Virus record (IMG/VR): IMGVR_UViG_3300031555_004271
Location: 21,818-85,817 of that record
Source: a virus
Taxonomy: Duplodnaviria; Caudoviricetes
Strand: one strand, 5' to 3'
DNA length: 64,000 bases
Every line of letters begins with the position of its first letter. The first letter of the stretch is position 1. Shown in pieces: positions 58,102 to 64,000 of this stretch. The notes under the pieces were generated by a model, which made no database searches, was not told the origin of the DNA, and saw nothing but the letters and a program-made list of their open reading frames with translations. Both the position numbers and the translations under genes were made by a program.

Positions 58102-60820
58102 ATGCAAATGGATACTTCCTATATCATAGATACTCAAACTGATAATCTATCCTTTAAGAAGATGTATAAGGTTCTTAAAGCCAAAGGTATAAAAAACAAT
58201 AAGTTCTTTCTAAAACTTTATGATAAAACATTACAAGGTGTGAATCCTAGAGATGAAGCTAATTTAACTAAAGAACAGAAAATTCGTATTTTAGCTGAGA
58301 TTAAACGAAATCCTTGGTACTTCTTAAGAGAGGTTGTTATTCTTAATGTTGCAGGTGGTAAAAAAAGATACGAACTACATCGTGGTAATTTGGCACTTTC
58401 ATGGTGTATGTTTAACAATCTTAATTCAATTATGTTACTACCTCGTCAGCATGGTAAAACAATGTCATCTATATGTAACTATGAATGGTTTTATAGATTC
58501 GGTACATTGAACTCAAACATGCTATTCATGCATAAAGACTTTGGTGGTAGTAAGAACAACCTTAAAATACTTAAAGAAATAGATGAAAATTTACCATCAT
58601 ATCTGAAAACTAAAGATAAAAAAGATATCGATAATCTAGAATACATTACAAATACTACTACTGGTAATACCATTAGAGCATTATCATCTGCTATGTCAGC
58701 TGCAGAATCAGATAAGAGAGGTAGAGGTCTTACTGCACCTTTGGTACTTTGGGACGAGTTCGCTTTCTTAAAATACAACAAAATTGTTTTCCAAGCAGCT
58801 GCACCTGCACAGTCTCAGGCTAGAGTTGAAGCTCGTAAACATAATTCTTTCTATGGTGCTACCATTATTACTACACCTAATAATATAGATAACAATCCTG
58901 AATCAGAGGGTACTTGGTGTAAGACAGAAATGGTAGAAAAAGCATGTAGATTTGATGAATCTATGTATGATTGGACTTTAGAAGAAGTTCAAGAATGTCT
59001 AGATAAGAAATCTGATAATGACTTCCTTTACATTGAATTCTCTTATAAACAACTAGGTCGTGATGAAGCATGGTACAGAGAAAACTGTCGTGCATTGAAT
59101 AATGACTTACTAAAGATCAAACGTGAGATTCTACTAGAATGGACAAAGGCATCTGACGTCTCTGTCTTCTCAGAAGAACAATTAGTTGCAATTGAAAAAC
59201 ATCTTAAGGAACCAGTAGGTAAAATAGTTCTTAATAAATTCTGGACATTAGATCTTTATAGAACTGACATAGATTACAATATACCTTGGGTTGTATCATG
59301 TGACGTTGGTACAGGTCTATCACAAGACTCTTCAGCTATTACTATATTCAATCCATTAACATTTGAGATCATAGGTGAGTTTAGAGAGAATAAGATCAGC
59401 ACAGACGACTTTAAAGACTTTATTTATCAACTTGTAGGATTATATTTCCGTAATTCTATGGTAGTTATAGAAAACAACTCTATTGGTATAGCTATACTTC
59501 AAGCTTTAATGAAAACTGCTATTTCTAGAAATTTGTATTATGAATATAAAGATAGAAAAGCACAAAAAATAGAAAAATCTAAAACTGAAATTGTCCATGT
59601 AAGTAAAAAAGAAAAATTACAGATCTATGGTGTTTCTACTACTAGTTCTTCTCGTGATTTAATGCTCGAAATTTTAAATGATACAGTTAATGATAGCCCT
59701 GAAAAACTTGCTACTCCTAACCTTTATTCAGACATTAAAGGATTGGAACGTGATAATAAGGGTAGAAAATTTTGCTCTTTTCTAAAAAATTTTCTTAATT
59801 GCTGGAAATTCTTATAACGATTATAAGAGAATCAGCAGCTATTAAAAACGTAAAAAAAAAAGAACTCATATTAGAATGAGTTCTTTTATGGGGTTATTAT
59901 GCTTCTTCTTCAGAAGCGGTAGTTTCTTCTTCGGTAACGGTTTCTTCAACGGTTTCTTCTACAGGCGCTTCTTCTGCAGCAGGTTCCTCGGCAATAGGCT
60001 CTTCATAAGTAGTCTCAGTAGCTACCTTTTCAGCCTTCTTGGTCTGGATAATCTTGTCAACCTTCTTGGCACCCTTGACACCACCATAGAAGGATGCACC
60101 GCCAAGAACACCAATGCCGACAGTCTTCAAGATAGTACCGACGACGACCTTTGCTGCAATACCTGCTACAACACTAATACCGATCATAATAATTTACTCC
60201 TTTTATATTGTAAAAAATTTTAGAAGATATTAAACTTTTATCTTCTTTTCTACAATTATAATATATAAATATAAATACTGAAAATACGTTTTTAATAGTT
60301 CAACGACTAAATAGTACATTATGAGTATAATGGAAATAGAAAACTTTTACTATCTTTATAGTAATTGAAGATATAGTCTCGGTCACTATGGATACATAGT
60401 GTATGACATCTTACAAATGTCAAGATAAGGCTGCCAAAAATTGGTCATGGTGTAGGACTTCATGATGATAGTCTATTCTCTTACTTAGTTGGTAGGTATG
60501 CTTTAGCATATGGTACTAATCTATCTAGGTTCCAAATGCCTATTAATGGTAAAACTCCAAAAGATAGAAAATCTAGTATGTATAGAATGTCTCATAATCT
60601 GTCTGAGGTTAATAGAAATTCTGCTAGAGTTAGAGCTAGTAAAGCTAGTAGTTACAATGGATTAGCCAACGATATGATTGAAGAATCTGCTTATTTAGAT
60701 TTAAGAAGGAAGATAGATAGTGGTGGACGTATAGGTGCTTATACTACACTAAGTCAAATTGAAGAATTAAATAGATTTGATAGAAATCAGTCTGCAGGAC
60801 ATGATTTATGGAAAAAATAA
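58102..60820 (+). CDS. terL: Terminase large subunit, join(58102..59763,60434..60820) (exon 2 may start at 60437)
   Basis: LPRQHGKT Walker A, LWDEFAF Walker B, CDVG nuclease Asp; exon 2 supplies KIGHGVGLHDD. Confidence 0.88.
59852..59886 (-). terminator. Terminator of the intron-borne antisense gene
   Basis: aaaagaactcat-loop-atgagttctttt with a long T-run on the minus strand. Confidence 0.8.
59897..60187 (-). CDS. Intron-encoded 96 aa protein: Gly-rich hydrophobic N-terminus, basic linker, acidic tail
   Basis: AAGGAG RBS at 60197-60202, TATATATTATAA motif at ~60256-60269, own terminator; no nuclease motif. Confidence 0.8.
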   Translation of the reverse strand: MIGISVVAGIAAKVVVGTILKTVGIGVLGGASFYGGVKGAKKVDKIIQTKKAEKVATETTYEEPIAEEPAAEEAPVEETVEETVTEEETTASEEEA

Positions 60821-60826
60821 AAAAAT

Positions 60827-60858
60827 AGAGGAATATCCAAATTAATGGATATTCCTCT
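60827..60858. terminator. Terminator hairpin, identical copy at 62285-62316
   Basis: agaggaatatccaaattaatggatattcctct. Confidence 0.85.
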
Positions 60859-60868
60859 ATTTATTTCA

Positions 60869-62215
60869 TTAATACGTATAATTTTTAGCTGAAAAATGAC
60901 CAACAGATTGGTATCTGCTAAATTCACTCTTAAGTATCTTAGCAGCAGTTGACCAGTCAGTTAATTTCTTTTTATCTGGTGCGTTCTGACCCATAAATCC
61001 AAAATTAGTAGTAAATTCAAGTTCTCCACTATCAAATTTTTCATCTACTTTTTCATAATAGGTTGATATTTCACGAAATGCGTAACTTAAAGATTTATAT
61101 TTAATTATTAAACTTTTAACCTCTTCACTATTACATCTTTTAATTCTTCTTTTTTCATCGTAATAATAATATTCTCTATTTTCTACTATATTTTCTTTAA
61201 TTTCTTTAAATTTACTACTTATAACGTCTCTAATTTTATCTAAACTACGATTATCAATAGCCTTGTTTATATCATCTTTCATATTTTCTAATTCTTTTTC
61301 ATATTTTCTAATTGGTTCCCAATATTTATCTGATTTTTCTCTCTTACTGTCATACCATGTACTAAAAGATTCAATGCCATAGCAAATTTTAAAACAGCCA
61401 GATATAATCTTTTGAATAGCAAGAATACAACCATTGATAATTCTTTGGAAGTAAGTAGCGTTAGCAGTGTATTTAGATTCTTTAAAAACTTGACTTAATT
61501 TAGTTTTAGCTTCAGCTTTAGCAGTTTCTAAAGATTTAATCCAATGTGGACCATAATCAGTAATAATAGTAAATGCATTAATAACATCAATTACTCTAAA
61601 ATCATTACTGGTAAAATTTTTAGAAATATTTGATTCACCTTTTTCATCATTACCGTATTTTCTTATATCATCTAAAATACTTTTAGCTTTTTTGTTATCA
61701 AATTCATCATTTTTTAAAAGCTCTTTCAAATCACTAATAGTACTATTAATTTTCTTTGTAAAATTAGCTGGATCAGATAAAACTAACTTATTCATATAAA
61801 TATTTTCAGTTATATAAATACTTTTTCTACGTTGTTCAGGAGTATTATACTTAGACTGTTTCATCTTTTCAATAACTTCTTTTACATTACTTTCAAGATT
61901 TTCATTTATTTTAAACCTCATTTTAAACTTGCTAATGGTTTTATTAATTGCAATAATGCAATTTTGAATCATAATAACAATTTTATTCCAAATAGCTTTT
62001 AAAGTAGAACCAACATTATTTTTATATTCTTCTTCAGCTAATATCATCATATTACTATCTTCATTTACAATACAATGATGTTCGCATTTAATCATCTTCA
62101 TATCTAGTTCATGAATAGTAGATTGGTATTCTAATAGATACTCATATGATTCATTTACTAGACTATCAAGATTCATAGAATTATCTAAAGTTTTATCTAA
62201 AAACATTTTTATCAC
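60869..62215 (-). CDS. Internal head protein (phiKZ inner-body-like family), paralog of 62325-63992
   Basis: LVNESYE...EH..IVNED...AEE..K...LK.(I/A)WN.I segment shared with the neighbour; late promoter at 62257-62268. Confidence 0.6.
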   Translation of the reverse strand: MIKMFLDKTLDNSMNLDSLVNESYEYLLEYQSTIHELDMKMIKCEHHCIVNEDSNMMILAEEEYKNNVGSTLKAIWNKIVIMIQNCIIAINKTISKFKMRFKINENLESNVKEVIEKMKQSKYNTPEQRRKSIYITENIYMNKLVLSDPANFTKKINSTISDLKELLKNDEFDNKKAKSILDDIRKYGNDEKGESNISKNFTSNDFRVIDVINAFTIITDYGPHWIKSLETAKAEAKTKLSQVFKESKYTANATYFQRIINGCILAIQKIISGCFKICYGIESFSTWYDSKREKSDKYWEPIRKYEKELENMKDDINKAIDNRSLDKIRDVISSKFKEIKENIVENREYYYYDEKRRIKRCNSEEVKSLIIKYKSLSYAFREISTYYEKVDEKFDSGELEFTTNFGFMGQNAPDKKKLTDWSTAAKILKSEFSRYQSVGHFSAKNYTY

Positions 62216-62284
62216 TCTCTTTCATCAAATTTGATTATCATCAATAATCATATACTTATGTAATTGTTTTCTTTGACTTTATAA

Positions 62285-62316
62285 AGAGGAATATCCAAAT
62301 TAATGGATATTCCTCT
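62285..62316 (-). terminator. Terminator hairpin, identical to 60827-60858
   Basis: agaggaatatccaaattaatggatattcctct. Confidence 0.85.
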
Positions 62317-62324
62317 ACTATCAA

Positions 62325-63992
62325 TTATTCTTCAAATCCTAGGTAAGATTCGTTAGTATAACCCATACGGATTACTTTCTTACGAAGAGTTTTCATTTCA
62401 TCTCTATCAGTGTAATCACTCTTAATGACCATTCTAATATAATCTAACCATTCTTTTTCATCTTTAGCTAGATTTACATACTCACCATCTTTATAGATTC
62501 TTGTACCATTATCAGTCCACTTAGAACTATCAGATTTATCTACTTCAGGTTCAGATGGTTTCTTAGATTTAACTTGTTCATATGCTTTCTTCTTACTATC
62601 TTCATAATTACTGTCAGTATAATTACTACCATTATCATAACTAGCTTTTTCATGTTCTACTAGTTTATCAAATAGATTCATTACTTTAATAGCATCAATA
62701 GTCATATAATTAATAGAAAATACAATAGAGTTAGTTGCTCTTCTAATATTGGAAATATTTAAACGATCTTCAGACTTTAATTTACCATCTTGAATATTCT
62801 TTAGATCTTCTTTATATTGTTTTAAGCCATTAGTCTTTAGCTTCTTTAAAATATCAATCCAAGATTTACGTTTTTCAAAAACATTATAGCAACATTCAAC
62901 TAGCTCATTAGCATTACTATAACCAAAATATTCTTTGTTTAGTAAAACACCATACTCAACTTTCATAGTTGCCCCTCTAAATTGCTTTAGACTATCAATG
63001 ACCTTATTTAATTCATCAATATTTCCAACTAGACTTCTTTCAGTTAGTTTTTCAACACTACTAATACCCTTATCTAACTTATTCCAAGCTTTAATACGAG
63101 ATAGCTGTCTACTCTCAATACTAGATTTTTTAAGCAAAGCATTAAATCGTACTTTAGTTTCTGGGTCGTTATTATTCTTTACAAATTTCTCAATTTCAGC
63201 TCTTTTATTCTGATTTAAGAACTTTGAATGAATCTTTACTTGTAAAGAAGAAATAGTTGCAATTGCCTTATTAATAAAGTTTACAAACTCATTCCAAGCT
63301 GTCTTTAAAGTATTAATTAGCTTAGTTTTAAAATCTTCTTCTGCTTCTTTTAAAAGAACAATATCTTCATTTACAATAGCGTTATGCTCTTTCTTAGCCA
63401 GATCCATAAATAGATTGTGAACATTATCTTCAAAGATAATAATCTGTTCATAAGATTCATTGACCAGTTCATGTAAATCAACAGATTCTTCAACTTTCTT
63501 AAAACCAGAATTAAGAATCGTATTGATTTTCTTGATCATTTTATCGATCTTCTCAATCTGTTCTTCGTCTTTAATTTTCTTTTTAGTATTCTGTAATTTG
63601 GACTTAATCTTTCTAAGCTCATTAAAATCACTGTCAAGCTTTCCTTGATTGTTAAAAAATAGGATACAATTAATAATAGTCAATACTGCAACTAAAATTT
63701 GTTCACCAATCTTAACAAATCCAGGAAATACCGTAGTTGCTAAATTAAGGAATATAAATCCTAGATTTGCATAATACATTAGCTTACCTTTAAACTTTAG
63801 CTTATTAGTAGATTGTCTATATTCATTTATAATCTGTTTAGTATCTTCTAAGTACTTACTAACATCTTCTTCTAATTTCTCTTTAGAAGCTTCATTTAAT
63901 AAAAATTTTCCACTAATTTTTACATTATTATATGTTTCAGAAAGAAAAGTATATCTTTCTGATAGAACTTTAACTTCTTCATTTAAAGTCAT
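62325..63992 (-). CDS. Internal head protein paralog with extra N-terminal TM-containing domain
   Basis: TLNEE, FLSE and LLNEAS motifs; hydrophobic pair LGFIFLNLATTVF/ILVAVLTIINCILFF; then shared LVNESYE domain. Confidence 0.6.
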   Translation of the reverse strand: MTLNEEVKVLSERYTFLSETYNNVKISGKFLLNEASKEKLEEDVSKYLEDTKQIINEYRQSTNKLKFKGKLMYYANLGFIFLNLATTVFPGFVKIGEQILVAVLTIINCILFFNNQGKLDSDFNELRKIKSKLQNTKKKIKDEEQIEKIDKMIKKINTILNSGFKKVEESVDLHELVNESYEQIIIFEDNVHNLFMDLAKKEHNAIVNEDIVLLKEAEEDFKTKLINTLKTAWNEFVNFINKAIATISSLQVKIHSKFLNQNKRAEIEKFVKNNNDPETKVRFNALLKKSSIESRQLSRIKAWNKLDKGISSVEKLTERSLVGNIDELNKVIDSLKQFRGATMKVEYGVLLNKEYFGYSNANELVECCYNVFEKRKSWIDILKKLKTNGLKQYKEDLKNIQDGKLKSEDRLNISNIRRATNSIVFSINYMTIDAIKVMNLFDKLVEHEKASYDNGSNYTDSNYEDSKKKAYEQVKSKKPSEPEVDKSDSSKWTDNGTRIYKDGEYVNLAKDEKEWLDYIRMVIKSDYTDRDEMKTLRKKVIRMGYTNESYLGFEE

Positions 63993-64000
63993 TATTACTT

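Larger units (their letters stand above)
59764..60433 (+). mobile_element. Group I intron in terminase (670 nt) carrying an antisense gene
   Basis: P1 aagggt/gctctt; aattgctggaaa; atcagcag; gttcaacgacta (60298-60309); aagatatagtct (60368-60379); 13-bp stem 59839-59851/60286-60298 closes the insert. Confidence 0.9.

Noticed and set aside
59764-59817. C-terminal RKFCSFLKNFLNCWKFL of the ORF-track terminase
   Set aside because: Read-through into intron sequence; the real exon ends at 59763
59876-60223. 115 aa plus-strand ORF inside the intron
   Set aside because: Antisense shadow of the 96 aa gene; Phe/Ser-rich, no RBS, no nuclease motif
60536-60820. 94 aa ORF as an independent gene
   Set aside because: In frame with upstream KIGHGVGLHDD; it is the end of terminase exon 2 and has no RBS
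2764-63648. Many 60-130 aa ORFs antisense to longer genes (e.g. 2764, 5962, 8483, 14155, 16938, 21976, 28663, 39654, 47869, 53293, 62935)
   Set aside because: They fully overlap well-supported genes on the other strand, lack RBSs and have shadow-like composition
1-64000. tRNA, rRNA, CRISPR, chimallin or PhuZ genes
   Set aside because: No cloverleaf, rRNA-like or repeat-spacer pattern in the intergenic gaps and no recognisable shell or tubulin motifs; they may lie outside the window

Overview
The window is a 64 kb AT-rich segment of a jumbo myophage genome of the AR9/PBS1 (phiKZ-related) type, probably infecting a Firmicute (Gram-positive RBSs, Amidase_3 endolysin, SleB-like hydrolase). Core genes: parts of two multisubunit RNA polymerases (two beta'N genes, one beta'C gene, an AR9 gp226-like sigma-like subunit), the polymerase half of a split family B DNA polymerase, primase, an SF2 helicase with an Ala-start (class 3) intein, a GroEL-like chaperonin, terminase large subunit, baseplate, tail-chaperone and head proteins, PhoH, and DHH and HAD phosphatases. 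Three group I introns missed by the ORF track are visible. Two interrupt the D-[FY]DGD catalytic motif of both RNAP beta'N genes at the same codon boundary. The third interrupts terminase and carries, in a 13-bp-closed loop, a complete antisense transcription unit encoding a non-endonuclease protein. Other notable items: a 15-member tandem paralog array with conserved termini and variable middles, a 7-gene tryptophan-repeat array, a PrsW-type membrane protease fused to a head-protein-like N-terminus, a degenerate HD-GYP protein, a probable -1 frameshift in a tail chaperone, two unannotated micro-ORFs with their own expression signals, and two promoter classes (AACA-N6-TA and a TATATAT-core motif). 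No tRNA, rRNA or CRISPR array was seen. All homology calls are by eye and from recalled family motifs; no searches were run.
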